A stretch of 63,795 nucleotides of DNA, counting the filler, from Vezdaea acicularis (Eukaryota), in NCBI GenBank assembly GCA_026025075.1. It is 3 parts of 3 records of this genome, joined end to end, with 100 filler letters (N's around TTAATTAATTAA, not from the genome) between each part and the next. Parts side by side here need not be neighbours in the genome. Positions count along the whole stretch, not along the records: positions 23,482 to 45,997 come from JAPEUI010000187.1; 2 more parts are not named here. The stretch is one strand, 5' to 3'. The translations under genes were made by a program, and so were the position numbers. Positions within the stretch are counted from its first letter, which is position 1. Each line of letters begins with the position of its first letter. The notes under the pieces were generated by a model. It had not been told where the DNA came from and searched no databases. It worked only from the letters and a program-made list of their open reading frames with translations. Shown here in pieces: positions 23,482 to 36,730 of the stretch.

Positions 23482-25170
23482 ATCATCTGTATGCGCCAAG
23501 CAACGTCCTGTCTTGTCTGAGAAGCCAACCGGTTGTTGCCGCCGGTCGGTGCAGATTGCAGGGGCCCCTCCCTTTTCTCGCCTGCTCCGAACGAAACCTT
23601 CTCGGTACGCGAACCATCGTTGGACAGGTAAGTCATGAAGCATGGACGAACGAACGCCACGGACCAAAAGCCGCACCGGCAACCGTTCCTCAAAAACTCT
23701 ACGCGTCACAAAAACGTCCATGATTACCCGAATGACGAAATTGGGCGGGCTTCTGCTACAGTACGTCTCGCCATCAAGCGGGTCCGAGAAACGCTGGAAT
23801 CTAGAGATGAAAGGATGGGCCTGCTTCGGGGGTAACACGGGGTACATACAGCACACTTTCGAGCCTCGGACTTTGAACTTCGTGCGTCCTGTTGCATTTC
23901 GCAGCCTGCAGCAGGCGTGCATTGGGCATGGCCAGTACGCGTGTACAGTACATGACATGTACATGAGAAGAAGAAGAAAAACATGGACTATATGCCCGTG
24001 ACGGTGTACTGTGTACGGTAACGACTTCCATCGATCCTCGATACGTGTGCACTTTCTGTTCTCGCGCATCCAGTGTACGAGTACCGTCTGGATAAAGAGA
24101 CAAAGTTTTCTGCACCGGTTTATCCACATGCAGAGGGAAGTCAAAAGAGAAATTCTCTTCCTCCAGCGCACAAAGTTTGATGCTTAGGATCCACCGCTCG
24201 CTCACTTTTTCTCTTTCTCTTGCGGTTTGTGCTACTACTACTGCCAACGACGCCCTCGGTTCCTGTTGCTCAGAAGTGTGCAAGGTTACCATTTCCCAAC
24301 GTGACGCAGCGTCGCTCGCAACCGCGTCCGTGCACGATTGGGAGAGGTAGAGTGAATCATTCTTCTCGGAAGGACGGAGCTTCCAAGCAGAGGAAAGAAA
24401 TGAGATGAAGTGTGTGTTCTACATGATATCTAAACGGTGTTGATGGCGATGAGGTCCCTTGGCACGTGCTTTGGAACGACCGTTCGAATGAGCCCCGAGA
24501 GAGAAGAGAGAGCTCATCCCAGTTAGCCGAGCCCTACCACCAACCAACCAACCACCAGCAAACGAGACCCCCACGGCCCTTCCACCGCCCCATCCAAGCA
24601 CGTACAGCATCCCACCCCCCCTCCTCACCGCAAGCCAAACCCCAAAGGAAGTCAGAACCGAGACGACCCAACACCGCTTTCAACCTCTCTCTCAGAAAAC
24701 AAGAGTAACTTACAGCGAAACCCTTTGAAGCACCTGAAAAAGCGCAAAGCTGGATCTGAACAGGCTCGGTCTGCGGTCCAATCAACGGTTGGGTCCGGCA
24801 TGGAGCATGGCACGAGATGGCTGGGATTGGGATAGGTGTACGACCGTTGGGGAGAGAAGTGTGGGACTCTCCTCTACAGTACACACACATTGCCCCTTCT
24901 CGGCTTTTGTATGTGTGTATGTATCACTCGTTAGCATATCCACCAGCCTAAGTGACTACGGACCCACTTACGACGAAGAGAGCGCCGCCGTTCTCAACGG
25001 GCTAGACTCCGCGCTGGCTGTTAGAGAATACCGTAGACAGCGAATGTGAGGTGGAGTAAGGCAGCCGTTCATCGCGCGGGGGAGGAGAGGAGGGGGAAGG
25101 AGCATGGCAGGCGCAGCGGTGGCGTGAGAGAGGAAGGAAGGATCGATGCCAGGGAGTGACATGCTATGTT

Positions 25171-25211
25171 CATGCCATGCCATGTTCATGCCACGCCATG
25201 CCATGCCATGC
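25171..25211. repeat. Imperfect (CATGC)n pentanucleotide repeat
   Basis: catgccatgccatgttcatgccacgccatgccatgccatgc. Confidence 0.75.
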
Positions 25212-28200
25212 TCGCCGGCAACTCCTTCCTCTGATACGTATCATTGTCGCCTACTATGTACGACGATCAGGATACTATCATCAAAGCATACGGCTTCATC
25301 AGCCCTGTACATCTACTTCTCCACTCTTTAAAGTGCTGCAGCTCCGAGGAAAACCCTCCCCTTCTACATCTCTCTCGCCGCCAAGTCTCCGTCTCGCTTT
25401 CGCGATGTGTGAGGAGCTCCGTACTGCATCGGAGAGATAGTGCGTGAGTGAGCAGGCAATATCGTCGTCCAAAAACGTTACTTCCCCGCAGCAGACTTGG
25501 GACGAGTGGTGGTATGAGTGATGACCTTCGTGCGATCCGGTCTCGGTCATGAGTATACTTTGAATCATGGCATCAAGAGCTCCAGCCTCGAGAACTTTCG
25601 GTCATGCGGTTTGCGTGCATGCGTGGGAAGCTTTACTCGGCCAGCCAATCATCGCGCGGAAGGGGTTTCGGTTCCCCAGCCCCTTCGCTGCGGTAAACGA
25701 GTGATGTGCCTACTCCAAGTTCTCAGCGCGTTATCATTCAATCTCTCCACCGCGCGAAGAGGTATTCTTAGCAAAAAAAACCGATGCCCATCATTTACCT
25801 AGTCGGGCCTGGCCGCCGTTTGAGGCTGTCGGTGCGCTCGGTTGATAACAGGCTTTGCCTCGCCTTCCTGCTCTGCCCTTCGACGCGCCATGATTGGTGG
25901 AAGCGGGGATGATGGCGCGATTCCGTGCAGCGCCCGCCCAATCACGATCGAGCCCTCGCAACCATGCGATCGGCGCAAGAGCCGACTCGAGCTGAGCAGA
26001 CGTGCGCGAGAGAAGGAGAGAGAAAGAGAAAGGTGGGGACTTGCAGCTGGCCTTGTTTCACGCGCAGTGAAATACGAGGGGCGCGGTGAGGGCGGACAAA
26101 GGTTGTCCCTCCGATCGCAGTCCGGTGAAGAGCAATACGGTGCACGAAAGATATCGGATGGGATCGAAGGGTGTGCCGTATGAATCGTTTCCTCCGTCAT
26201 CGAGTCTTCATCCAAGCAAACAAATGCGGTGCCCTTGCGATCTTTGGCTGGCCTCGCACGTTTTTTGCCGAGGGCAAGGGCAAGGGCTATCGAGGGGTGC
26301 GCGTTCGTTCGGCCTCGCTAGTCAAGTTCCCACCAAGGGCCCTTGACAAAAAACCGTTGACGGTTCCCGCTCTCATAAGGACGAATCGGCAGTTCAATCA
26401 CCATCCTGGCCCTGCTGCCGCCGCCGCCGTTGATAGCATGATCGAAGGGGGGGTTCAACGGCCAGCCCCATGCCCATGATTCCCGCAGGCATTCCGCCGG
26501 GGGGAGGGCGACATGGCTTTTCCCTCCGCGATCCCAGCCCCCTCTCTCTTCGACCAGGCTCGCCGCGGTGGAGAGTCGGAAGCGAGAACGGTGATCAGAA
26601 AGTGCCCATCTACTAGCGGAACGCCCGTTTTTCGCCACTTGGATGGATGGTGGAAAGTGGAAATGCCCGTCTCACGCCGTTCGACCAATCCGAAGGCGGA
26701 CCAGACGCAATGGGCGATGGCGGATGTGCGACGGTAAGACAACGCCGTGCCATGTGGGAACTTGTAAGGACCCATGTGACTCACAGCCGGAGAAGGTGAG
26801 GAGCTGCGCTCCGGTTGCGGTGATAACTCGCGGCGCGATCAGAGGCGGCGACGAACGCTTGACGTGACTGCCCTTTTCCACCTGAGCACACCACGATAGC
26901 GGCGTAAGCGATCGGGCCCCCTCAATCGCCCCCCCCCCCTCGGTTCTCGTGACGAGCTGCTGCTTCCAGTCATGATGGCGTAAGCGTCTATCTGGCGGCC
27001 TAGGTCAAATCAGCCGGGTCGAGACTCGCACGTCAATGACTGCAGCGTTCGGTTCGAGGCCAGAGGACCGAGGGAGGTTGAGCGCGGCAAAGGCTTTGCG
27101 GGTGCGGGAAGACAAGGGCTCCGCAAGCTCCCCCCCTTGTCGAGCAAGGGCCGACAACCCCAAGCTCTCTCCCCTCAGCTTTTCTCCCATCCGCTCGATG
27201 CACGTAAAACGGCGCTGCAGCAGACCAGGCGTTCTCTGGTTGCAGGCCCCCTTGACGCCCTTTGCTCATCTTCCGCGAGTTGTTGCCATTCCATCGATTG
27301 TGCCTGCTCGACTGTGTGCCATGTCGAAACCATCTCCCTCCCCCCGCCTCCCTCGCGGCTTGCAGCGATACATGGGGGCTGGACAAAGGTTGACGTTGCG
27401 AGAGGGCCGATGACCTAGTCGTGACCCCATGCTTCCCGCGACCACCGAGCAAGGAGGGGGCGTTAGTTACGTTACCGCAGTGTTCCCTCCCCCCCCCCCC
27501 CCCCCCCAAATCCCCCGTCCCGTTCGCGACCGTTTTCTGACAGGCCAGGGAAACCATTGTTCGCCATCATTCGTCCATCTCGAGTTCGGAAGTCCTTCCG
27601 CATACATCTCAAGATCGCCTCTACTGTAGATATCATTCGTTCATCCGATTCTTTCGTGCAACGACCTGTATACTCTGTTTTTGGATACGCGTTTTTCTCG
27701 CCGTGAATATGTTGTGCAGAGTAGATGCTAAGCTGTACGCTACACTGTACTTTTCTATGACGGACGGGCAGTGATGTGAAGGAGACTGCAGCTTCTCGAA
27801 CCTTCGCCCTGCAGCTTGCTGTGACCTGAGCGTCCCCCGTCGAACCTTCCCGATGTCATTTGTTCCCCTCTCTCTATCTCTCATGTAGCCGGCAATACCT
27901 TCCTCGGCCATCACTGCAGTAGACCAAACGGCAGTTCCTTAGGGCTTTGGCGTAGCGTGCTTTTCCCGATTCGAGCTGTTGATGTCGCTTGCACGACTTC
28001 TCCTCTTTTCCGTGGTTTTCATCACACCCGGGCAACGCATCCCGCCGCGTGCCTCTCATCCTCCGATCCTGATCACATCGAGTTACTGATAAGACCGAGC
28101 TTCTGGACTGAGCTTCCTCTTGTCCTTGTTCTCCAAGGGAGCTTGTAGGGCACGGTCCAGCCCTCGCACTGGGCCGGAAGGAGCTTTCTCCGGGGTGAGG

Positions 28201-29658
28201 AGAGCACACTCGAAATCCCGGACCGAGCTTCTCGCCTTTTCGGGTTAGGCTCTGGGTGGGGAGAGAGGTTTGCTTGTCTACTGGAGGAAGCTTGGGACAG
28301 CTCTCGTCGTCGTCAACGATAGGATGGAGGTTTCGGGGGGTAGATAGAGTAGGAATGTGATATTATGAAGTGGATACTCTATACGTATACCGAGATCCGT
28401 ACGTAGCAACGGCGACAAAACCCAAGAACCAGACCTAATGAACACCCACGTGATGATAACCGCGAAACCCCAGAAAGCCATCAATAGCAGTCACAGCCGC
28501 TCGATTTCCAAACACTCATTCATTCATCGGGAAGTCCATCCATCCTCACCTTCTCACCCCCTCCCCCGGCCTGTGCCCGCTAAAACTTCACGAGCGAGCG
28601 AGGCCTGCCCAACATCGCTTATGCAGCCGGCGTTTCAAACACTCCACCTGCTCACCACCTCCGAGGGGAATATCTCATTTCGATTCGCAATGGCGTGAGC
28701 AGGAAGCTGTGGTTGGAAGCAGCACCGAGCACACGCTCTCTCCTCCATGCCTCTTGCGAGACGAAGTCCGGTCCAGAGCCCTCCACGAGGAAACCCGGGT
28801 TTCACTTCACCGAGGGCGTTGAACAACCTCCACTCCTCCCTAACCGATGAGAGGGAGGGAAGGGTTGGACGAAAGTGTCGAAACTCCCGTCGATACTTCC
28901 AAACTTCCGAAAAACACACTCCTCGAGTTTGTCACCGTGGGATGCACGATCCCATCTGGAACTCAAAAATCCAGAGCCTTCATTCTCGAGGCGAAGGGTT
29001 GGGGGCAACTGTAGCCGGGGCGGGAGGGTTGGGCATAAGCCAGGCTACCTCGTTCGGCACGTGCGAAAAGAACTGCAGGTCAGCATAGAGAAAGATCGGC
29101 GGGGTTTTAGGAATGAGGGCCTGAGATGGCGATATGAGAGATGAGGGGCTGGGTCTTGGGGGGCCAGGCAGCGAGTTGGTGGGGGGATTGGGGCAGGAAC
29201 GGCGTTCGATGGGTCTCTCACGGCTGTGGATTGGTGGAGGGGCTGTATTTGGAGGAGGTCTGGTCGCTCGGTCTACCGCACACAACTTTCGTTTCGATAC
29301 GGGGACGGTTTTGATATTCACTAGTTCAGCTAGCTATTATCTGCTTTCCTCCTTAGCCGCTTCCAAACTCTCGGGACAATTTTAGTTGGTGATGAGATTT
29401 GTGGAGAGCATTCTCGCTGAATGTAGGAGAGACGTTGTGTTCATTTCCCATATCAGACATCGTTCCAGTTGCGAGCCCTCCCGTCGATGCTAGTAGGATA
29501 GCTACCCCCAGCGTGGATTCCTGGATTCGAAGCACCCAGTCTCATATGACCTATGCCCACATAAGGTGTTTGTAAGTCGTTTTGGCCCACACGGGCAGCT
29601 ATTCCACAAGTCAGTAGAGACTCCTGATGAAATACTGGACGCACTTACTCGTCGGCTT

Positions 29659-31979
29659 TCATCTTTTCTCTCGATCATGTCCGGGTGCATCGCGACGAGA
29701 CTCAGCGTAACCCGCCTCAATGTCGTCTTTCGATCTGCCGTCGCCTATCCTCTTCGGCTCGTCATCATCCTCGTAGTCATCATCTCTTCGGCGGTGCCTC
29801 TCATGTCGACTGGAATACCTCGAGTCTGTGTGGATTAGTACATCGTTTGTTAGTCGTAGGGTAAAGGGGTAAGCAGCTTACCCCTAATCTCCTTTGTCCG
29901 CTTAGCTAGTTGTTCGATCTCTTCCTTGGGAAGGACGCGTAGTACAATGACATGATCCAAACGCTCTTCGAATCTCTCGTGAGCTTCTGTCAAGGCATCT
30001 GGATTCACCAACTTCCGGCTGATCTTGGTCCATTTGGCATTTGCCGGAATCCCCTTCTTAGCCCCATCCTTGAGCGGCGCCACGCCCTCTCTCACAGGCT
30101 CAGGCTCTTCTGGGAATTTTTCACGCGGTGGTCGTAAGATGCCCTTAGGCTTCTTCTCCGCTTCTGCATCCTTTGAAGGAGGAGAGACGACACGGACTAC
30201 CGACTTTCGCCGTTCTTGCGCACCTGTGTCGTCCGCACGGTCTGCACGACCTCTACGGTGCTCTTCAGAGTCGGCGTCGCTGCGTGGTCGTTCTAGGTCA
30301 TCGCCTCGGGGCTTGTATCGGTTCGATTCGGGTTCGTATGGTTCCCGACCGCGCTCTGGCTCATCTCCCGTAGATCGACGGTGTTCATCACGAGCGGGGT
30401 CACTCCCCATGTTTCGCGGCCTTGGTCGATCGTGCTTTTCGAGCCTTTCTCGCTCCCTCGTAGACTCCAGAGTCTCGTCTGCCGTCTTATGGCGGTCGTT
30501 CCTTTCCGGCATACCCCTTTCAGGCTCGCGAGGACGGTCGGGTTCATCATCACGCGGTTTATAGCGCGAATCTTTGTCTGTACGTTCTCTATGTGCTTCC
30601 TTTTCCTCTTCGTCTCGCTTTCGTCGACGATCTTCATCTGCTGAACGTTCGCGATGTGGGTCCGCGCTCTTCTCCCTGATGGGCATGGCCATGGGTATTG
30701 GAAGGGTATTCCCGTGGCTTGCGATACCTCGCCTGCGATCAATGCTCTCATCTCGAGGTCGTTGTAGATCTCTGTCGTTATGATCATGGTCATGTTGGCG
30801 GTAGGGCCTCCCGTCTCGACCTCGATAAGGAGCACCCTCATCACCTCGGAATGCATATCGGTCCTCGCTTCCGGAGCGGCGGCGACGATCATCGTACTCA
30901 TCATCGCCATAGCGACGCCGATAGTCATCAGGATCCATATCTCTTCCTCGGCTACTCCTAGGCTTAGGCTTAGGCTCGGTAGGGAAAGGGTCACGGTCAA
31001 TAGGATACGGTGCTGGCTTCTGATGCAGGGCCGGTCGCCGAGAAGCCTCATCATAGTAGCCCTCATCTCTTGGATCTCGATAACTCTGACGATACTCATC
31101 TCGCATGACGGGCTTCTGAGACTGCCCTAAGCTGCCAGATCTTTGCATTGGCTCTGCCCAACCACGATAACTCACTGGCGGGCCTGCTTCTCTGCCATCT
31201 CGAGGGCCATACCTGCCATAATCTCCCAGGTTTAACGGTCTTTCGCCACGCTCAGCACTATGCCTCCTGTGCCTAGGACCTGGCTCCTTCCAAAAGTCGT
31301 GGGGTTCAGTATAAGTGTAGTCGTTAGGATCTACCTTGCCAGCAATATAAGCTCTAGGAGGAGGGTCTCGAACGCGATAGCCACGTTCTTCGTTATTCGT
31401 GGGATCTCGAACAAGAGGCCCACTTTGATGATATCCCTTGTATCCTGCTCTACTTCGGTCCGTGCTGGGGACGAGTCGCTCGCGATCATACTGATCAACG
31501 CTGGCGAGCCTGCGATGGTCTCTAGATCCTTTAGATGATGCTGGCTGTAGATAATAAGATTCGTCGTAGTCGAAGTTTGGGTTCTTAAGGCCAGGGCTGG
31601 TCGCGACGTTTGGTGCATATTCATTAGTGTTATGTATTACAGATTTTGGTCGAGTTGAAGGGGCGGCGTTTTGCGTGATCACAGGTCGTCTTCCTCCTGT
31701 GTCAAGAGTCGATCTTCGGGTGCCAAAATGATCTACTGGAGCTCGTAGTGTTGAAGGTGATTCGGTAACGTAGGCGTCCGAGAGAAGTCGTCTATCGTCG
31801 GAGATCCGTTCACCGCTCGCTCGTGGGGAGACATAGTCATCTGCCGACGGACGATATGTCGAGTAGTACTGTGAGCCATATGCTGGTATCGTGCCGGTAG
31901 ATGAACGCCCCGAAACCCCAGTAGCGATACGGCGGCTACCCGGTGAGACCGCTCGCCGGCGAGGTCGGAAATTGTCCAT
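29659..31979 (-). CDS. Conserved fungal hypothetical protein, R/D/E-rich disordered body with a conserved C-terminal domain; exons 31979-29882, 29825-29659
   Basis: Long ORF ending in KGILRPPREKFPEEPEPVREGVAPLKD...IP..AKWTKISRKLVNPDAL...ERFEER.D.VIVLRVL..EEI, a block recognisable from filamentous-fungal proteins. 56-nt GTAAGC...ACTAAT...CAG intron. Confidence 0.8.
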
Positions 31980-34344
31980 TGAGACCACGTTATATGGGAC
32001 TAATAGTGGTCATCAAAAGGTTTTGATCGACGTTCTTATCTGCTCGATAAACGTTTTGAAAGCAGTTGCGTCAAATTCTGCGCCAGCACACGAAGAGGGG
32101 TTGTGTGGTTGTAGCCGCTGCAAGAGACGTTAACGACAAGTGTGGCCCAAGCGGTGAGTCAATTTGAATGCAACGAACTTCACCAGGGCTAAAGCCTTAT
32201 TGAGACCCAAGCGTAGGTGTTCTCCTACTCGACCAGTGTCGCATTCAAAGCGTTCCCTGATATAGACAAGCCGGGAGGAAACTCTACTTCTTTGGGAACT
32301 TTAGGGGGAAAAGATCGATGCCTGATCGACAATGAGACGGATCAAGGCCCAAAATTGTCTGAGAGCCCAAGATCCACAACTCTGGATGAAGCTATTCCGC
32401 TTGACCGTTCACGTGAAGTAGTTTATCGTAGTTTATATGCCTCTCGAGCAGCAAAGTGGAAATGATAATCAGCACGAACGTGGCTCAAACGACGTCAGCA
32501 GATGACGATCAACAGCTGGCAGTCGATGATTGTAAGGACGTCTCCACACGATACTGACTCTTCGCATTAGCGAGTTTGGTCAAGTTGAGCAGACAAGCTA
32601 CTAGAGACAGTTGAAGACGGGGAGGCCCTTTAGGTGGGGGTATAGACTACCATAACTGAGGCTGATCTGCAAAATAGGTGTTTTGTGAAGCCATACAATA
32701 TACTTTGTTAGCCATATTAGCGAACAAAGAACAGCGTGACACCTCGAATTGTCGCCACCATGATTCTAAATTCTTGAGAATATGGAAGAAGCTTCGTAGA
32801 AGTTCTAAGAGTTGAGGCTAATTCAAGAAGCAAGTTGATTGGTTAGGGAGACTTGCTCATATCGGATCTGCAGAGGGCCGATATTTTCAAGGGAATGAAG
32901 ATCCCGTCAGCCCTACCCAGCGTTAGGGCAATAAGAACCTCAGTACCCTCGCAGATCCAACTAGAACACCTTGACACGTCAATGCTATTAGCGATTGCAT
33001 TGGAATACCTAGACCACTTCCCCGACAATGCATGACATTACTTAGGGAACTTATCCTAGTTCAATGGAGGGATTAACGCGCTGCCTCCACAGTCCTTGTT
33101 GCCTTTCATCTGCTGAACGGCTTAAGGCGATTGCTTAGTAACGCAAGGTGGTTCTCCTTTAGGAGCACTGACGCGCAATAGAGAATTCCAATTTGTTCAC
33201 ATGAGATGGAATCTTCGAGAGTGCTATCTGCTTTCGTTTTTGTCCCCCCACTCGACATATTCTCTCCCCGGAAAAAGCTAGAACATAGACACCATCTCGC
33301 GAAGCGCAAATTAGATATTAAAAACACGAGACACGGTACAAATATCATAAGCTATTAATTGGGAAAATTATTTTGGTGATGGATACATAAAGCTCTTATT
33401 TTTCTGTATGTTGACTTTGTTGATGGTTCAGCTGCAATGGATCATGGAGGCAGACCGAGATGGGTGCGCGAATCGACGCCGTGCATATGAAACCACAGCT
33501 AGAAGCCAATCGGCGCACACCACGATATAGTATATAGCGACATGCTGCAACATGATTCGATGAGAGAGTGGAGTCGACATGATCGGAGTCGGTGACTTGC
33601 ACGATGAAGTCTCGAACAATCTAGCATCATTGGATGGTCGCGCGCAGCGTTGATAGTCGGGCGACCGACGCCCATGAGAGAGAGGGTGTCGCATTGCATC
33701 GCAACGCTTTAATCTTCTTAGTTGTCTCTTGTATTCTTCGATTATAATTCCACCTATGAATACTCCAGAATATTCTCGAGAAGCACGAGTGAGGTCGAGA
33801 GAGCATCGCATGTGCGCTCCATGTGGAAAATGGGAATGGTATGAGCAGGGGTTGCTGTGGAGTCGTGCAAATTATCTTAACGAGCCAATCACAGATCGAC
33901 ATTCGGACGGATTAATGGGCCATTTCGCGTGCGTGCAGCAACAAACAACGAGGGTGCGCTGCCAACGCGAACCGGGATCACTGCCAGCCTCGCTCAGGAA
34001 GGGTTCCCTGCCCCCCTCAAATCGCTCAGCTTCTGCCTCCACACCCCAAACCGTCAACCTTTATCCTTCCTTCCATTCCTCGGTTCCAATTCACATCCCA
34101 AAATCGCATCAATCCATCAACCTAGTGCCTCTAGCCTAGTCATCTTAACTTCAACCTCAATCTTCTTCTTGAAAGTCGAGTGATAAGAGCTGTGTTGCTG
34201 CCACGTCGCGTCGTGTCACTTCACCTTTCTTTCCTCCCTTTCCTTACCCCCCTCAGAAGCAAGAGTCCTTCTTGTCTTCCTTTCGAATTGTTGTCATAAC
34301 GGTTCGAAAGGCATTCGAGAAAGGACCCCCCCAATCCAGTCAAT

Positions 34345-35102
34345 CTGGACTTTGACGCCCGAGTCCCGATCCCCTTCAGTGTCTTCCCGTCGTCGTACCG
34401 GAGCGACGCTGTCACGGAATCTACTCAAGTCAGAGTAGAAGGAGAAGTCAATCTTCCCCCTCGAGCTTCGCGCGTCGGACGGGAAGGTCACGAAGAAGAA
34501 ACCAAGTACACTTCTTTCTCCGCCAGCCTACCTCACCGTAAAGACCACGTCCACGTCGAAGAAGAAGCAGAAGTCACCTTTGAACGTGAAGGTCGTCGTC
34601 CTCGCCGCCGCGAAGAATACGCAGAGTTCGAGAAGAAGGAAAGCTTTGACGTAGAGATTGAACGCGACCGGTAAAGCTCACCCCCCCTTTTTTTTCCTCA
34701 GCCCAACACTGTATCTCGATGGGCATTGGCTCGGTGAAAAGCTCATCTGCCTCCCAACCAATGGGATCAGTTCACATGTTTTGTGTTGTCCAAACGCAAC
34801 AACCGCCTCGCTTGTTGTTGTGACAATAGCCTGCCTTTTCCCTCACACATTTACCATTGTACTAATGTGTGCTACGCTATAGTTACCGTGAGCCGTATCA
34901 GCGCTACGCTGAGACAAATATCGAAGTCGAATCTCCTCGACGCAACTACGAGACCGAACTTGACGTGACCGAACGTGAATACCGTCGTCGTACTCAACCA
35001 ATTGCTGTTGAAGAGTACGAAGACCGTTATACTCAATACCGACCAGCCAGATTCGAGACAGAAACCACAGTAGAAGCTCCTCGCCGTCATCACAAGGTCG
35101 AT
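34345..35102 (+). CDS. hex-1: N-terminal extension of HEX-1 (long isoform, putative CUG start); exons 34345-34670 and 34883 onward
   Basis: In-frame, ATG-free coding-like sequence (L)DFDARVPIPFSVFPSSYRSDAV...ERDR/YREPYQ..., joined by a 212-nt intron (GTAAAG...TACTAAT...TAG) in the correct phase to the HEX-1 frame. Confidence 0.65.
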
Positions 35103-35747
35103 ATGGGTTACTACGACGAAGACGGTCATTACCATTCCTTTCGTCACGGTCTCCATAAAGCCGCTGACCGTTTCCTTCATCCAGGCCACCACCATCACCA
35201 CCATTCCTCGGAGGAAATTGATATCGATATTGAGGAGCGTCGTCCTCGCCATGAGGAACGTTCAGAGCGAGTTGCAGTGAGGGAGCGTAACTGTGGGCCA
35301 CCAAACACGATTACTATTCCTTGCCACCACATCCGCATCGGTGATCTCTTGATCCTTCAAGGTCGTCCCTGCCAAGTCATCCGTATCACCACCTCTGCTC
35401 ACACTGGTCAACATCGTTATCTTGGAGTGGATCTCTTCACTAAGCAACTCCATGAAGAATCTAGCTTCGTCTCCAATCCGGCTCCTTCTGTCATTGTTCA
35501 GAACATGCTTGGGCCAGTCTTCAAGCAGTATCGTGTTCTTGATATTCGCAATGACGGCCGCGTGGTTGCCATGACTGAGACTGGCGATGTCAAGCAAGGT
35601 CTCCCAGTCATTGACCAAGGTGGCTTGTGGCACCGTCTCGAAAGGGCTTTTGCCAACGGCCGTGGAAGCGTCCGCGTTCTTGTCATCAATGACGAGGGAC
35701 GTGAGCTCGCGGTTGACTTCAAGGTCGTTCACGGATCTAGGCTCTAG
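35103..35747 (+). CDS. hex-1: Woronin body major protein HEX-1 (214 aa AUG-initiated form)
   Basis: MGYYDEDG start, TITIPCHHIRIGDLLILQGRPCQVIRI, HRYLGVDLFTKQLHEESS, eIF5A-like fold and C-terminal PTS1 -SRL. Confidence 0.97.
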   Translation: MGYYDEDGHYHSFRHGLHKAADRFLHPGHHHHHHSSEEIDIDIEERRPRHEERSERVAVRERNCGPPNTITIPCHHIRIGDLLILQGRPCQVIRITTSAHTGQHRYLGVDLFTKQLHEESSFVSNPAPSVIVQNMLGPVFKQYRVLDIRNDGRVVAMTETGDVKQGLPVIDQGGLWHRLERAFANGRGSVRVLVINDEGRELAVDFKVVHGSRL

Positions 35748-36730
35748 TTCAATCCTATCTAGTAAGACTTTGACCATGTTCCTTAGTGAGACTATTCTAA
35801 CATAAGATTGCAGCAAGCATCTGTGGTTTCATTTTATCTGCACCAATAGGCAACAGCATGTCGCCACATGCAAAATGAACCGACTTAATGCGGATCCTAA
35901 TGAGCTTCCAAACAAGGGCGTCTTCATACTTTCTGCATCTCTCTTCAGGCCTTCAGTCTAAGCTAGTCGCCTGCTTCGAAAAGCTTCTCATGTCGATACT
36001 TCAGGCTTCTCCCATTCAGCGATGGAACACCTGTGCCAGCATGTTTCAATGATGAATCTTAGTTATTCTCTTTTCGGCTGTGGGTAGCTTAAGAAGCTCG
36101 ATGGTCTCTCCAAACCTAACTGTTTGCGACCTCTGGCACACTTTTAGCATTGGGACTAGCGTTGGACATAGTTGGAATCGAGGGGGAAAACAGTGCAATG
36201 GAATCTTTAGGCTGTTGATAATAGGCAATAACTTATGAAGAAGTGAATCTGCTCCCTTGTAACCTTTGATCGCATGCTTTCCGCGTAAGGGACCATTATG
36301 GAGCTAACGTGAGATCATATATATTCGCGCTCCATTTCTGATCCGTAAACCACGGCAGACCTCGTAGGAACCACGCACTCCGCAAGGTACGCCTGACGAC
36401 CGAAGGCACGGAATTTAGCCAATCATGCTTTCAGGTTAGGGCATGGTGTTTTCCAAAGCCATCCGATGTCTCCTACATCATATTCATAGCATGAGGAGAC
36501 AGAAACGGCAACACGCCAGTCATAACCCCTAAATTGGACGGCCACATCAGGAATGACTGCCACTCAAAAGCTTACATTACATATACACGAGGCGAGCAAC
36601 TTCATGGATTGCGGTTGCGCCTCTCCATGAGCCATCAATGCACCAAGGCTTGCTTCATAGTTGGCATTTATAGGAATTTGATTGGAAGCCCTCCAGCTTT
36701 TCCTGTGGGTCTTTTCTAACCGATCATATC

